Notes: generated from the sequence alone by a model not told the origin. Positions 26,301 to 40,764 are shown, numbered from the stretch's first letter. The stretch: DNA of 64,000 nucleotides from Eledone cirrhosa (GCA_964016885.1 OZ024742.1:20212001-20276000); one strand, 5' to 3'. Numbers and translations are program-made.

Positions 26301-29300
26301 TTAGGTGGTAGAATGGTTAGTTGGAAGAATGGCAAGGTTTTAGAATAACTATAGGGTAGAATTGCTAAGTGGTACAATGGTGGTAGAATGGCTAGGTGAT
26401 AGAATGGTTAGGCGGTAGAATGGCTAGGTGGTAGAATGGCTAGGTGATAGAATGGTTAAGTGGTAGAATGGTTAGGTCGTATAATGGCTAGATGGTAGAA
26501 TGGCTAGGTGCTAGAATTGTTCCGTCGTAGAATGGCTAGGTGGTAGAATGGTTAGCTGGTAGAATGGCTGGGTGGTAGAATGGCTAGGTGGTAGAATGGT
26601 TAAATGACAGAATGGCTAGGTGGTAGAATGGCTAGGTGGTAGAATGTTTAGGTGATAAAATGGTTAGGTGGTAGAATGGCAAGGTGGAAGGATGGTTAAG
26701 TGGTAGAATGGCTAGGTGGTAGAATGGTAGCTGATAGAATATTTAAGTGGTAGAATGGTTAGTTGATAGAATGGTTAGGTGGTAGAATGACTAGGTGATA
26801 GAATGGCTAAGTGGTAGAATGGTTAAGTGATAGAATGGTTTGGTGGTAGAATGGTTAGGTGGAAGAATGGTTAGGTGATAGAATGGCTAGGTCGTAGAAT
26901 GGCTATGTGGTAGAATGGTTAGGTGGTAGAATGGTTAGGTGGAATAATGGCTAGGTGGTAGCATGATTAGGTGGTAGAATGGCTAGGTGGTAAAATGGCT
27001 AGGTGGTAGAATGGTTAGGTGGTGGAATGGTTAAGAGGTAGAATGGCTAGATGATAGAATGGTTAGGCGGTAGACTGGCTAGGTGGTAGAATGGCTAGGT
27101 GATAGAATGGCTAAGTGGTAGAATGGCAAGTTGTTAGAATGGCTAAATGGTAGAATGGCTGAGTGGTAGAATGATGGTAGAATAGTTAGGTGGTAGAATG
27201 GCTAGGTGGTAGAATGGTTAAGTGGTAGAGTGGCTAGGTGGTAGAATGGGTAGCTGGTAGAATGGCTAGGTGATAGAATGGTTAAGTGCTAGAAAGGCTA
27301 GGTGGTAGAATGGCTAGGTGGTAGAATGGTTACCTAATAGAATGGTTAGGTGGTAGAATGGTTAAATGGTAGAATGGTTTAGGTGGTTGAATGGTTTAGG
27401 TGGTAGAATAGTTAGGTGGTAGAATGGCTAAGTGGTAGAATGACTAGGTGATAGAATGGCTAAGTGTTAGAATGGTTAGGTGATAGGATGGTTAAGCGGT
27501 AGAATGGCTTGGTGGTAGAATGTTTATATCGTAGAATGTCTATATGGTCGAATGGTTTGGTGGTAGAATGGTTAGGTGGAAAAATGGCTAGGTGATAGAA
27601 TGTTTAGGTGGTAGAATGGTTAAGAGGTAGAATGGCTAGGTGATATAATGACTAGGTGATAGAATGGATAAGTTGTAGCATGGTTAGTCGGTAGAATGGC
27701 TAGGTAGTAGAATGGCTATGTGCTAGAATGGTTAGGTGGTAGATTGGCTAGTTGGTAGAATGATTAGGTGGTAGAATGGTAAGGTGGTAGGATGGTTAAG
27801 AGGTAGAATGGCTAGGTGATAGAATGGTTAAGTGGTAGAATGGTAATTTGATAGAATGGTTAGGTGGTAGAATGACTAGGTGATAGAATGGCTAAGTGGT
27901 AGAATGGTTAGGTGATAGTATGTTTAAGCTGTAGAATATCTAGGTGGTAGAATGGTTTGGTGGTAGAATCGCAACGTGGTAGGATGGTTAGGTGGTAGAA
28001 TATTTAGGTGGAATAATGGCTAGGTGGTAGAATGGTTAGGTGGTAGAATGGTTAGGTGGTAGAATGGCTAGGTGCTAGAATGGTTAGGTGGTAGAATGGC
28101 TAGGTGTTAGAATTGTTACGTTGTAGAATGGCTAGGTGGTAGAATGGCTAGGTGGTAGAATGGTTAGGTGGTAGAATGGCAAGCTGGTAGGATGGTTAGG
28201 TGGTAGAATGGCTAGTTGGTAGAATGGTTAGGTGGTAGAATGGCTAGGTGGTAGAATGGTTAGGTGGAAGAACGGCTAGGTGGTAGAATGGTTAGGTGGT
28301 AGAATGGTTAAGCGGTAGAATATGGTTAGGTGGTAGAATGGCTAGGTGGTAGAATGGCTAGGTGGTAGAATGGCTAGGTGGTAGAATGGTTAGGTGGTAG
28401 AATGACTAGATGGTAGAATGGCTAAATGGTAGAATTGCTAAGTGGTAGAATGATGGTAGAATGGTTAGGTAGTAGAATGGCTAGGTGGTAGAATGCTTAA
28501 ATGGTAGAATGGCTGAGTGGTAGAATGATGGTAGAATAGTTAGGTGGTAGAATGGCTAGGTGGTAGAATGGTTAAGTGGTAGAATGGCTAGGTGGTAGAA
28601 TGATTAGGTGGTAGAATGGCAAGGTGATAGGATGGTTAGGCGGCAGAATGGTTAGGTGGAATAATGGCTAGGTGGTAGAATAGTTAGGTGGTAGAATGGC
28701 TAGATCGTAGAATGGCTAGGTGGTAGAATGTTTAGGTGGTAGAATGACTAGGTGATAGAATGGCCATGTGGTAGAATGGTTAGGTGATAGAATGGTTAGG
28801 CTGTAGCATGGCTAGGTGGTAGAATGGTTAGGTGGTAGATTGGTTAGGTGGAATAATGGCTAGGTGGTAAAATGGTTAGGTGGTAGAATGGCTAGGTGGT
28901 AGAATGGCTATGTGGTAGAATGTTTAGGGGGTAGAATGGCTAGGTGGTAGAATATTTCGGTGGTAGAATGGTTAAGAGGTAGAATGGCTAGGTGATAGAA
29001 TGGCTAGGTGGTAGAATGGCTAGGTGCTAGAATGGTTAAGTGGTAGAATGGTTAGGTCGTAGAATGGCTAGGTGGTAGAATGGCAAGATGTTAGAATGGC
29101 TAAATGGTAGAATGGCTAAGTGGTAGAATGGTGGTAAAATTGCTAGGTGATAGAATGGCTAAGTGGTAGAATGGTTAGGCGGTAGAATGGTTAGGCGGTA
29201 GAATGGTTACGTGGAAGAATGGCTAAGTGTTATAATGGCAAGATGTTAGAATAACTATATGGTAGATTGGCTAAGCGGTAGAATGGTGGTGAAATGGCTA

Positions 29301-32300
29301 GGTGATAGAATGGCTAAGTGGTAGAATGGTTAGGTGATAGAATGGTTAGGCGGTAGAATGGTTAGGTGGAATAATGGCTAGGTGGTAGAATGGTTAGGTG
29401 GTAGAATGGCTAGGTGGTCGAATGGCTAGGTGGTAGAATGGTCAAATGGCAGAATGGCTAAGTGGTAGAATGGTTAGGTGGTAGAATGGTTAGGTGGTAT
29501 AATGGTTAGGTGGTAGAATGGCTAGGTGCTAGAATTGTTTCGTCGTAGAATGGCTAGGTGGTAGAATGGTTAGGTGGTAGGATGGCTTGGTGGTAGAATA
29601 GCTAGGTGCTAGAATTGTTACGTCGTAGAATGGCTAAGTGGTAGAATGGATAGCTGGTAGAATGGCTATGTGGTAGAATGGTTAGGTGGTAGAATGGCTA
29701 GATGGTAGAATGGCTAGGTGGTAGAATGTTTAGGTGGTAGAACGTAGGTGATAGAATGGCTATGTGGTAGAATGGTTAGGTGATAGAATGGTTAGGCTGT
29801 AGCATGGCTAGGTGGTAGAATGGTTAGGTGGTAGATTGGTTAGATGGAATAATGGCTATGTGGTAGAATGGCTAGGTGGTAGAATGGCTATGTGGTAGAA
29901 TTTTTAGGGTGTAGAATGGCTAGGTGGTAGAATGTTTAGGTGGTAGAATGGTTAAGAGGTAGAATGGCTAGGTGATAGAATGGCTAGGTGGTAGAATGGC
30001 TAGGTGATAGAATGGTTAAGTGGTAGAATGGTTAGGTCGTAGAATGGCTAGGTGGTAGAATAGCAAGATGTTAGAATTGCTAAATGGTAGCATGGCTAAG
30101 TGGTAGAATGGTGGTAAAATTGCTAGGTGATAGAATGGCTAAGTGGTAGAATGGTTAGGTGGTAGAATGGTTAGGTCGTAGAATAGCTAGGTAGTAGAAT
30201 GGCTAAGTGAAAGTATGGTTAGGCGGGAGAATGGTTAGGCGGTAGAATGGTTACGTGGAAGAATGGCTAAGTGGTAGAATGGCAAGATGTTAGAATAACT
30301 ATATGGTAGATTGGCTTAGCGGTAGAATGGTGGTAAAATGGCTAGGTCATAGAATGGCTAAGTGGTAGAATGGTTAGGTGATAGAATGGTTAGGCGGTAG
30401 AATGGCTAGGTGGTAGAATGGTTAGGTGGTAGAATGGTTAGGTGGAATAATGGCTAGGTGTTAGAATGGTTAGGTGGTAGAATGGCTAGGTGGTCGAATG
30501 GCTAGGTGGTAGAATGGTCAAATGGCAGAATGGCTAAGTGGTAGAATGGCTAGATGGTAGAATGGTTAGGTGGTATAATGGTTAGGTGGTAGAATGGCTA
30601 GGTGCTAGAATTGTTACGTCGTAGAATGGCTAGGTGGTAGAATGGTTAGGTGGTAGGATGGCTAGGTGGTAGAATAGCTAGGTGCTAGAATTGTTACGTC
30701 GTAGAATGGCTAGGTGGTAGAATGGCTAGGTGGTAGAATGGCTAGGTGGTAGAATGGTTAGGTGGTAGAATGGCAAGGTGGTAGGATGGTTAAGAGGTAG
30801 CATGGCTAGGTGACAGAATGCTTAAGGGGTAGAATGGTTAGTTGATAGAATGGTTAGGTGGTAGAATGACTAGGTGATAGAATGGCTAAATGTTAGAATG
30901 GTTAGGTAATAGAATGGTTAAGCGGTAGAATGGCTAGGTGGTAGAATGTTTAGGTGATAGAATGGCTAGATTGTAGAATGGTTAGGTGGAAGAATGGCTA
31001 AGTGGTAGAATGGCAAGGTGTTAGAATAACTATATGGTAGAATGGCTAGGTGGTAGAATGGTTAAATGGCAGAATGGCTAGGTGGTAGAATGGCTATGTG
31101 GTAGAATGGTTAGTTGGTAGAATGGTTAGGTGGTAGAATAGCGAGGTGGTAGGATGGTTAAGAGGTAGAATAGATAGGTGATAGAATGGTTAAGTGGTAG
31201 AATGGTTAGTTGATAGAATGGTTAGGTGGTAGAATGACTAGGTGATAGAATGGTTAAGTGGTAGAATGGTTAGGTCGTAGAATGGCTAGGTGGTAGAATG
31301 GCAAGATGTTAGAATGGCTAAATGGTAGAATGGCTAAGTGGTAGAATGGTGGTAAAATTGCTAGGTGATAGAATGGCTAAGTGGTAGAATGTTTAGGTTG
31401 TAGAATGGTTACGTCGTAGAATAGCTAGGTAGTAGAATGGCTAAGTGGTAGAATGGTTAGGCGGTAGAATGGTTAGGCGGTAGAATCGTTACGTGGAAGA
31501 ATGGCTAAGTGTTAGAATGGCAAGATGTTAGAATAACTATACGGTAGATTGGCTAAGCGGTAGAATGGTGGTAAAATGGCTAGGTGATAGAATGGCTAAG
31601 TGGTAGAATGGTTAGGTGATAGAATGGTTAGGCGGTAGAATGGTTAGGTGGAATAATGGCTAGGTGGTAGAATGGTTAGGTGGTAGAATGGCTAGGTGGT
31701 CGAATGGCTAGGTGGTAGAATGGTCAAATGGCAGAATGGCTAAGTGGTAGAATGGTTAGGTGGTAGAATGGTTAGGTGGTATAATGGTTAGGTGGTAGAA
31801 TGGCTAGGTGTTAGAATTGTTACGTTGTAGAATGGCTAGGTGGTAGAATGGTTAGGTGGTAGGATGGCTTGATGGTAGAATAGCTAGGTGCTAGAATTGT
31901 TACGTCGTAGAATGGCTAGGTGGTAGAATGGATAGCTGGTAGAATGGCTATGTGGTAGAATGGTTAGGTGGTAGAATGGCAAGGTGGTAGGATGGTTAAG
32001 AGGTAGCATGGCTAGGTGATAGAATGGTTAAGGGGTAGAATGGTTAGTTGATAGAATGGTTAGGTGGTAGAATGACTAGGTGATTGAATGGCTAAGTGTT
32101 AGAATGGTTAGGTGATAGAATGGTTAAGCGGTAGAATGGCTAGGTTGTAGAATGTTTAGGTGATAGAATGGCTAGTTTGTAGAATGGTTAGTTGGAAGAA
32201 TGGCTAAGTGGTAGAATGGCAAGATGTTAGAATAACTATATGGTAGAATGGCTAGGTGGTAGAAAGGTTAAATGGCAGAATGGCTAGGTGGTAGTATGGC

Positions 32301-35300
32301 TAGGTGGTAGAATGGTTATGTGGTAGAATGGTTAGGTGGTAGAATAGCGAGGTGCTAGAATTGTTACGTCGTAGAATGGCTAGGTGGTAGAAAGGTTAGG
32401 TGGTAGAATGGCAAGGTGGTAGAATGGTTAAGAGGTAGAATAGATAGGTGATAGAATGGTTAAGTGGTAGAATGGTTAGTTTATAGAATGGTTAGGTGGT
32501 AGCATGACTAGGTGATAGAAGGGTTAAGTGGTAGAATGGTTAGGTGATAGAATGTTTAGGCTGTAGAATGTCTAGGTGGTAGAATGGCTAGGTGATAGAA
32601 TGGCAAGATGTTTGAATGGCTAAATGGTAGAATGGCTGAGTGGTAGAGTGATGGTAGAATGGTTAGGTGGTAGAATGGCTAGGTTGTAGAATGGTTAGGT
32701 GGTAGAATGGCTAGGTCTTAGAATGGCTATGTGGTAGAATGATTAAGTGGTAGAATGGCTAGGTGGTAGAATGGCTAGATGGTAGAATGGCTAGGTGGTA
32801 GAATCGTTAGGTCGTAGAATAGTTATATGGTAGAATGGCTAGGTGCTAGAATGGTTAGGTGGTAGAATGACTAGGTGGTAGAATCGTTAGGTGGTAGAAT
32901 GGCAAGGTGGTAGGATGGTTAAGAGGTAGAATGGCTAGGTGATAGAATGGTTAAGTGGTAGAATGGTTAGTTGATAGAATGGTTAGATGTTAGAATGACT
33001 AGGTGATAGAATGGCTAAGTGGTAGAATGGTTAGGTGATAGAATGGTTAAGCGGTAGAATGGCTAGGTGGTAGAATGTTTAGATGATAGAATGGCTATGT
33101 GGTTAAATGGCTACGTGGTAGAATGGTTAGGTGGTAGAATGGTTAGGTTGAAGAATGGCTAGGTGATAGAATGGTTATGTGGTAGAATGACTAGATGGTA
33201 GAATGGTTAAGAGCTAGAATGGTTAGGCGGTAGAATGGCTAGGTGGTAGAATGGCTATGTGGTAGAATGGTTAGGTGGTAGAATGGTTAGGTGGAAGAAT
33301 GGCTAGGTAATAGAATGGTTAGGTGGTAGAATGGCTAGATGGTAGAATGGTTAAGAGGTAGAAAGTCAAGGTGATATAATGGCTAGGTGGTAGAATGGCT
33401 AAGTGTTAGAATGGTTAGGTGGCAGAATGGTTAAGCAGTAGAATATCTAGGTGGTAGAATGGTTAGGTGGTAGAATGGCTAGGTGGTAGAATGGTTAGGT
33501 GGAAGAACGGCTAGGTGGTAGAATGGTTAGGTGGTAGAATGACTAGATGGTAGAATGGTTAAGAGGTAGAATGGCAAGGTGATATAATGACTAGGTGATA
33601 GAATGGTTAAGTGGTAGAATGGTTAGGCGGTAGAATGGCTAGGTGTAAGAATGGTAAGTGGTAGAATTGTTAGGTGGTAGAATGACTAGGTGATAGAATG
33701 GCTAAGTGTTAGAATGGTTAGGTGATAGAATGGTTAAGCGGTAGAATATCTAGGTTGTAGAATGGTTAGGTGGTAGAATGGCTAAATAGTAGACTTGCTA
33801 AGTGGTAGAATGATGGTAGATTGGTTAGGTAGTAGAATGGCTAGGTGGTAGAATGCTTAAGTGGTAGAATGGATAGGTGGTAGAATGGCTAGGTGGGAGA
33901 ATGATTAAGTGCTAGAATGGCAAGGTGATAGGATTGTTAGGCGGCAGAATGGTTAGGTGGAATAATGGCTAGGTGGTAGAATGGTTAGTTGGTAGAATGG
34001 CTAGATGGAATAATGGCTAGGTGATAGAATGGTTAGGCTGTAGCATGGCTAGGTGGTAGAATGGTTAGGTGGTAGATTGGTTAGATGGAATAATGGCTAT
34101 GTGGTAGAATGTTTGGGGGGTAGAATGGCTAGGTGGTAGAATGTTTAGGTGGTAGAATGGTTAAGAGATAGAATGGCTAGGTGATAGAATGGCTAGGTGG
34201 TAGAATGGCTAGGTGATAGAATGGTTAAGTGGTAGAATGGTTAGGTCGTAGAATGGCTAGGTGGTAGAATGGCAAGATGTTAGCCATTCTACCATTTAGC
34301 CATTCTAAGTGGTAGAATGGTGGTAAAATTGCTAGGTGATAGAATGGCTAAGTGGTAGAATGGTTAGGTGGTAGAATGGTTAGGTCGTAGAATAGCTAGG
34401 TAGTAGAATGGCTAAGTGATAGAATGGTTAGGCGGTAGAATGGTTAGGCGGTAGAATGGTTACGTGGAAGAATGGCTAACTGGTAGAATGGCAAGATGTT
34501 AGAATAACTATATGGTAGATTGGCTAAGCCGTAGAATGGTGGTAAAATGGCTAGATGATAGAATGGCTAAGTGGTAGAATGGTTAGGTGATAGAATGGTT
34601 AGGCGGTAGAATGGCTAGGTGGTAGAATAGTTAGGTGGTAGAATGGTTAGGTGGAATAATGGCTAGGTGGTAGAATGGTTAGGTTGTAGAATGGCTAGGT
34701 GGTAGAATGGTTAGGTTGTAGAATGGCTAGGTGGTCGAATGGTAAGGTGGTAGAATGATCAAATGGCAGAATGGCTAAGTGGTAGAATGGCTAGGTGGTA
34801 GAATGGTTAGGTGGTATAATGGTTAGGTGGTAGAATGGCTAGTTGCTAGAATTGTTACGTCGTAGAATGGCTAGGTGGTAGAATGGTTAGGTGGTAGGAT
34901 GGCTAGGTGGTAGAATAGCTAGGTGCTAGAATTGTTACGTCGTAGAATGGCTAGGTGGTAGAATGGCTAGGTGGTAGAATGGTTAGGTGGTAGAATGGCA
35001 AGGTGGTAGGATGGTTAGTTGATAGAATGGTTGGGTGGTAGGATGACTAGGTGATAGAATGGCTAAGTGTTAGAATGGTTAGGTGATAGAATGGTTAAGC
35101 AGTAGAATGGCTAGGTGGTAGAATATTTAGGTGATAGAATGGCTAGTTTGTAGAATGGTTAAATGGAAGAATGGCTAAGTGGTAGAATGGCAAGATGGTA
35201 GAATAACTATATGGTAGAATGGCTAGGTGGTAGAATGGTTAAATGGCAGAATGGCTAGGTGGTAGAATGGCTATGTGGTAGAATGGTTAGGTGGTAGAAT

Positions 35301-38300
35301 GGTTAGGTTGTAGAATAGCGAGGTGGTAGGATGGTTAAGAGGTAGAATAGATAGGTGATAGAATGGTTAAGTGGTAGAATGGTTAGTTGATAGAATGGTT
35401 AGGTGGTAGAATGGTTAGGTGATAGAATGGTTAGGCTGTAGAATGGCTAGGTGGTAGAATGGCTAGGTGATAGAATGGCAAGATGTTTGAATGGCTAAAT
35501 GGTAGAATGGCTGAGTGGTAGAATGATGGTAGAATGGCTAGGTTGTAGAATGGTTAGGTGGTAGAATGGCTAGGTGCTGGAATTGTTAGGTGGTAGAATG
35601 GCTAGGTCTTAGAATGGCTATGTGGTAGAATGATTAGGTGGTAGAATGGCTAGGTGGTAGAATGGCTAGGTGGTAGAATGGCTAGGTGGTAGAATGGTTA
35701 CGTCGTAGAATAGTTATATGGTAGAATGGCTAGGTCCTAGAATGGTTAGGTGGTAGAATGACTAGGTGGTAGAATCGTTAGGTGGTAGAATGGCAAGGTG
35801 GTAGGATGGTTAAGAGGTAGAATGGCTAGGTGATAGAATGGTTAAGTGGTAGAATGGTTAGTTGATAGAATGGTTAGGTGTTTGAATGACCAGGTGATAG
35901 AATGGCTAAGTGGTAGAATGGTTAGGTGATAGAATGGTTAAGCGGTAGAATGGCTAGGTGGTAGAATGTTTAGATGATAGAATGGCTATGTGGTTAAATG
36001 GCTACGTGGTAGAATGGTTAGGTGGTAGAATGGTTAGATCGGAGAATGGCTAGGTAATAGAATGGTTAGGTGGTAGAATGGCTAGATGGTAGAATGGTTA
36101 AGAGGTAGAATGTCAAGGTGATATAATGGCTAGGTGGTAGAATGGCTAAGTGTTAGAATGGTTAGGTGGTAGAATGGTTAAGTGGTAGAATATCTAGGTG
36201 GTAGAATGGTTAGGTGGTAGAATGGCTAGGTGGTAGAATGGTTAGGTGGAAGAACGCCTAGGTGGTAGAATGGTTAGGTGGTAGAATGACTAGATGGTAG
36301 AATGGTTAAGAGCTAGAATGGCAAGGTGATATAATGACTAGGTGATAGAATGGTTAAGTGGTAGAATGGTTAGGCGGTAGAATGGCTTGGTGGTAGAATG
36401 GCTAAGTGGTAGAATTGTCAGGTGGTAGAATGACTAGGTGATAGAATGGCTAAGTGTTAGAATGGTTAGGTAATAGAATGGTTAAGCGGTAGAATATCCA
36501 GGTGGTAGAATGGTTAGGTGGTAGAATGGCTAGTTGGTAGGATGATTAGGTGGAAGAACGGCTAGGTGGTAGAATGGTTAAGATGTAGAATGGCTAGGTG
36601 ATAGAATGGCTAGGTGATAGAATGGTTAGGTGGTAGAATGGTTAGGTGGAAGAATGGCAAGCTGTTAGAATAACTATAGGATAGAATGGCTAAGTGGTAG
36701 AATGGTGGTAGAATGGCTAGTTGATAGAATAGTTAGGCGGTAGAATGGCTAGGTGGTAGAATGGCTAGGTGATAGAATGGTTAAGTGGTAGAATGGTTAG
36801 GTCGTAGAATGGCTAGTTGGTAGAATGGCTAAGTGGTAGAATGGTTAGGTGGTAGAATGGTTAGGTAGAAGAATGGCTAAGTGGTATTATGGCAAGATGT
36901 TAGAATAACTATATGGTAGAATGGCTAAATGGTAGAATGATGGTAGAATGGCTAGGTGATAGAATGGTTAGGTGGTAGAATGGCTAGGTGGTAGAATGGC
37001 TAGGTGGTAGAATGGTTAAATGGCAGAATGGCTAATGGTAAAATGGTTAGGTGGTAGAATGGTTAGGTGATAGAATTGTTACATCGTAGAATGGCTAGGT
37101 GGTAAAATGTTTAGGTGGTAGAATGGCAAGGTGGTAGGATGGTTAGCTGGTAGAATGGTTAGTTGGAATAATGGCTAGGTGGTAGAATGGTAAGTGGTAG
37201 AATGGCTAGATGGTAGAATGGCTAGGTGGTAGAATGTTTAGGTGGTAGAATGGATGGGTGGTAGAATGTTTAGGTGGTCGAATGGCTAGGTGGTAGAATG
37301 GTTAAGAGGTAGAATGGCTAGGTGATAGAATGGTTAGGCGGTTGAATGGCTAGGTGGTAGAATGGCTAGATTATAAATGGTTAAGTGGTAGAATGGTTAG
37401 GTCGTAGAATGGCTAGCTGGTAGAATGGCTAAATGGTAGAATGGCAAGATGTTAGAATGGTAAATGGTAGAATTGCTAAATGGTAGAATGATGGTAGAAT
37501 GGTTAAGTGGTAGAATGGCTAGGTGGTAGAATGCTTAAGTGGTAGAATGGCTAGGTGGTAGAATGGCTAGGTGGTAGAATGATTAGGTGGTAGAATGGCA
37601 AGTTAGATAGGATGGTTAGGCGCCAGAATTGTTAGGTGGAATAATGGCTAGGTGGTAGAATGGTTAGTTGGTAGAATGGCTAGATGGTAGAATGGCTAGG
37701 TGGTAGAATGTGTGTTTAGGTGGTAGAATGACTAGATGATAGAATGGCTAAGTGGTAGAATGGTTAGGTGATGGAATGGTTAGGCGGTAGAATGGCTAGG
37801 TGGTACATTGGTTAGGTGGTAGAATGGTTAGGTGGAATAATGGCTAGATGGTAGAATGGTTAGGTGGTAGAATGGCTTGGTGGTAGAATGGCTAGGTGGT
37901 AGAATGGCTAGGTGGTAGAATGTTTAGTTGGTAGAATGGCTACGCGGTAGAATGTGTAGGTGGTAGAATGGTTAAGAGGTAGAATGGCTAGGTGATAGAA
38001 TGGTTAGGCGGTAGAATGGATAGGTGGTAGAATGGCTAGGTGATAGAATGGTTAAGTCGTAGAATGGTTAGGTGGTAGAATGGCTAGGTGGTAGAATGGC
38101 TAAGTGGTAAAATGGCAAGATGTTAGAATGGCTAAATGGTAGAATGGCTAAGTGGTAGAATGATGGTAGAATGGTTAGGTGGTAGAATGTCTAGGTGGTA
38201 GAATGCTTAAGTGGTAGAATGGCTAGGTGGTAGAATGCTTAAGTGGTAGAATGGATAGGTGGTAGAATGGCTAGGTGGTAGAATGGTTAAGAGGTAGAAT

Positions 38301-38623
38301 GGTTAGGTCGTAGAATGGCTAGGTGGTAGAATGGCTAGTTGGTAGAATGGTTAAGTGGTAGAATGGTTAGGTCTTAGAATAGGTAGTAGAATGGCTAAGT
38401 GGTAGAATGGTTAGGCGGAAGAATTACTAAGTGTTAGAATGGCAATATGTTAGAATAACTATATGGTAGAATGGCTAAGTGGTAGAATGGTGGTAGAATG
38501 GCTAGGTGATAGAATGGTTATGTGGTAGAATGGCTAGGTGGTAGAATGGCAAGGTGTTAGAATAACTATGTGGTAGAATGGCTAGGTGGTAGAATGGTTT
38601 GGTGTGGTGGTAGAATGGCTAAG
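17387..38623. repeat. ~21-kb satellite array, 16-bp unit GGTGGTAGAATGGYTA (about 1,300 units) with higher-order duplications
   Basis: Continuous periodic sequence; diagnostic variants recur at 980-bp and 6502/6694-bp offsets. Confidence 0.99.
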
Positions 38624-38772
38624 CGGACGGACAACATCGTTTGTTATATTTGTTTCGGCTCTTTACGTTCTGTGTTTAAATCACTCCAAGATCAACATTT
38701 CGGTTCAGCGTTCAGGGATCGATAAAATCTACTTTCTGTTCTCCAAATTGCTTACATTGTGCCTAAATTATT
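38608..38772 (+). mobile_element. Degenerate SINE fused to the satellite end
   Basis: tggtagaatggctaagcggacggacaacatcg...ctttacgttctgtgtttaaatc...gggatcgataaaa...ttgtgcctaaa aligns with the other SINE copies. Confidence 0.75.
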
Positions 38773-38798
38773 GATTTGTGTTGACCTAGGATTCCAAA

Positions 38799-38913
38799 GG
38801 GCGACAAATTGGCAGAGTCGTTAGAACGTCCGATAGAATGGTTTGCCGTATTCGTTCCACCTCTCAGCTCTCTGAGTTCAAATCCCGCTGAGGTCAACTT
38901 TGCCTTTCCTCCC
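38799..38913 (+). mobile_element. SINE 5' half
   Basis: tggcagagtcgttag...ctgagttcaaatcccgctgaggtcaactttgcctttc. Confidence 0.8.
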
Positions 38914-39517
38914 TGAACACGTTCACATACATAGATACATACATAATACATACACACATACATATATAATACATACTTACAGACATACATACATATATAG
39001 TTAGGAAATTACTAGTACAATCCATTAATGGATCAGTAAAAATATGTAAAACATTTCAAAGGTTCTGCATCTAATAACTGCATATACACATGTACAGACA
39101 CAAAGCATATACACATGCATACATATAACTCAAAACATGCACATCCACACATACAATAACATCCATACCTACACATCCATGCATACATACATACATATCT
39201 ACCTAGTTGATGTGTGTAAAATCCAATGAGAGTGTCTTGTAACTATGTTAGAAACCGACTCCCTCTCTATCGGTAAACATTTGTGAAATTATATAACCAG
39301 AAAACATACATACATACATATGTACATACATATATACATACACACACACACATACATACTAGCAACTATTGCTCTATAAAAAAGAGGACTAAATACAATT
39401 GGGAGGTGATTCTGTTGAGTATATGTGGCTTTAGTTGTGATATTTTATGATTTAGTTTCATGAAAAGACACGATGCCCAACACTTTAGTTGGTGAGGTTG
39501 TTGTGTCAAACATTTAG

Positions 39518-40082
39518 ACTGTATCTCTGCAAGTTGATCTTTGCACGTTGATCCCTACAATGAGTATATGTCTCAATATATTTATGTAGAGTTTATATTT
39601 TCTATTAAGAACATTAGAGGTAAAATTCCCTATCATAACTGACTAGTTTCATCTCATTTCAGTGTCTGCAAGTTGATTTCTTCAAGTCGATCTCTAGAGT
39701 TAATCTCTGCAAGTTGATCTCTGCAAGTTAATCTCTGTAAGTTGATCTCTGAAAGTTGATCTCTGCAAGTTAATCTTTGCAAGTTGATCTCCGAAAGTTG
39801 ATCTCTGCAAGTTGTTCTCTGTAAGTTAATCTCTGCAAGGAAGCTATGTCTCAACATATATTTGGAGAGTTTATATTTTGTATTGAGATCATTAGGTACA
39901 ATTCCCTCCCTATAGTAACTCACTAGTTTCATCTAAGTTGTATATCTGTAAGTTTATCTCGGTAAATTAATCTCTGCAAAGAAGGTATGTTTCAATATAT
40001 ATATAGATGTAGAGTTTATATATTCTATATTGGGAGAATTAGATGTTCAATCCCCTACAGTAACTGACAAGATTCATTTCAG
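39518..40082. repeat. Compound tandem: 14-bp ATCTCTGCAAGTTG runs alternating with a ~90-bp block (3 copies)
   Basis: The block tatgtctcaa...gagtttatatt...taactgactagtttcatct occurs at ~39567, ~39845 and ~39986. Confidence 0.85.
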
Positions 40083-40217
40083 TTGAAAATCATCAGATTG
40101 CTATAATGGTTGTTTATTGAAGTAAAGTTAGTCAGATATCGTTGGGAATTGTAGCTTCTTATTCCCTCAATAATGTGGTTGTTTGAGAGGGGGGGGGGGG
40201 CAGACAGACAGAGCGAG

Positions 40218-40270
<53 letters not shown>

Positions 40271-40565
40271 GGGTATGTAGGAAGGTGAGTGTTTGTGTAT
40301 GTGAGTGTTTGTGTGTGAGTATTTGTGTATGTGAGTGTTTGTGTGTGTAAGTGTGAATGTGTGTGTGTGTGAATATTTGTATGTATGTGTATGTGAGTGT
40401 GTATGTGTGTATGTATGTTTTCACTAATATCCACCAGTATATGTTTCATATTCAACAACACGTCATCTTAGATCAAATCACATGACACTGAAGTGCAATT
40501 CCGAAAAATATAAATATTTTGCTTTGAATGGAAACGTGTGATTGTTATACACACGCCCCCCGCCC

Positions 40566-40637
<72 letters not shown>

Positions 40638-40764
40638 AATCTGAGTTTTTCGAATATTAATAATAACATTTGATTCGTTTGCAATTATGCAAACAAACCT
40701 CAATTTTATAGCCATGTCAGTAGAATGAACACTTCATTCTCGCACTGGTGTTGGCATGCGAACA

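Noticed and set aside
17387-38623. Telomeric origin of the satellite (contains TTAGG)
   Set aside because: TTAGG is only part of a 16-bp unit and is often CTAGG; there are no (TTAGGG)n or (TTAGG)n runs.
39215-39282. CCAATGA...GAAA-ccga...tcgg-TA hammerhead-like string
   Set aside because: Two core mismatches, and helices I and II do not pair convincingly.
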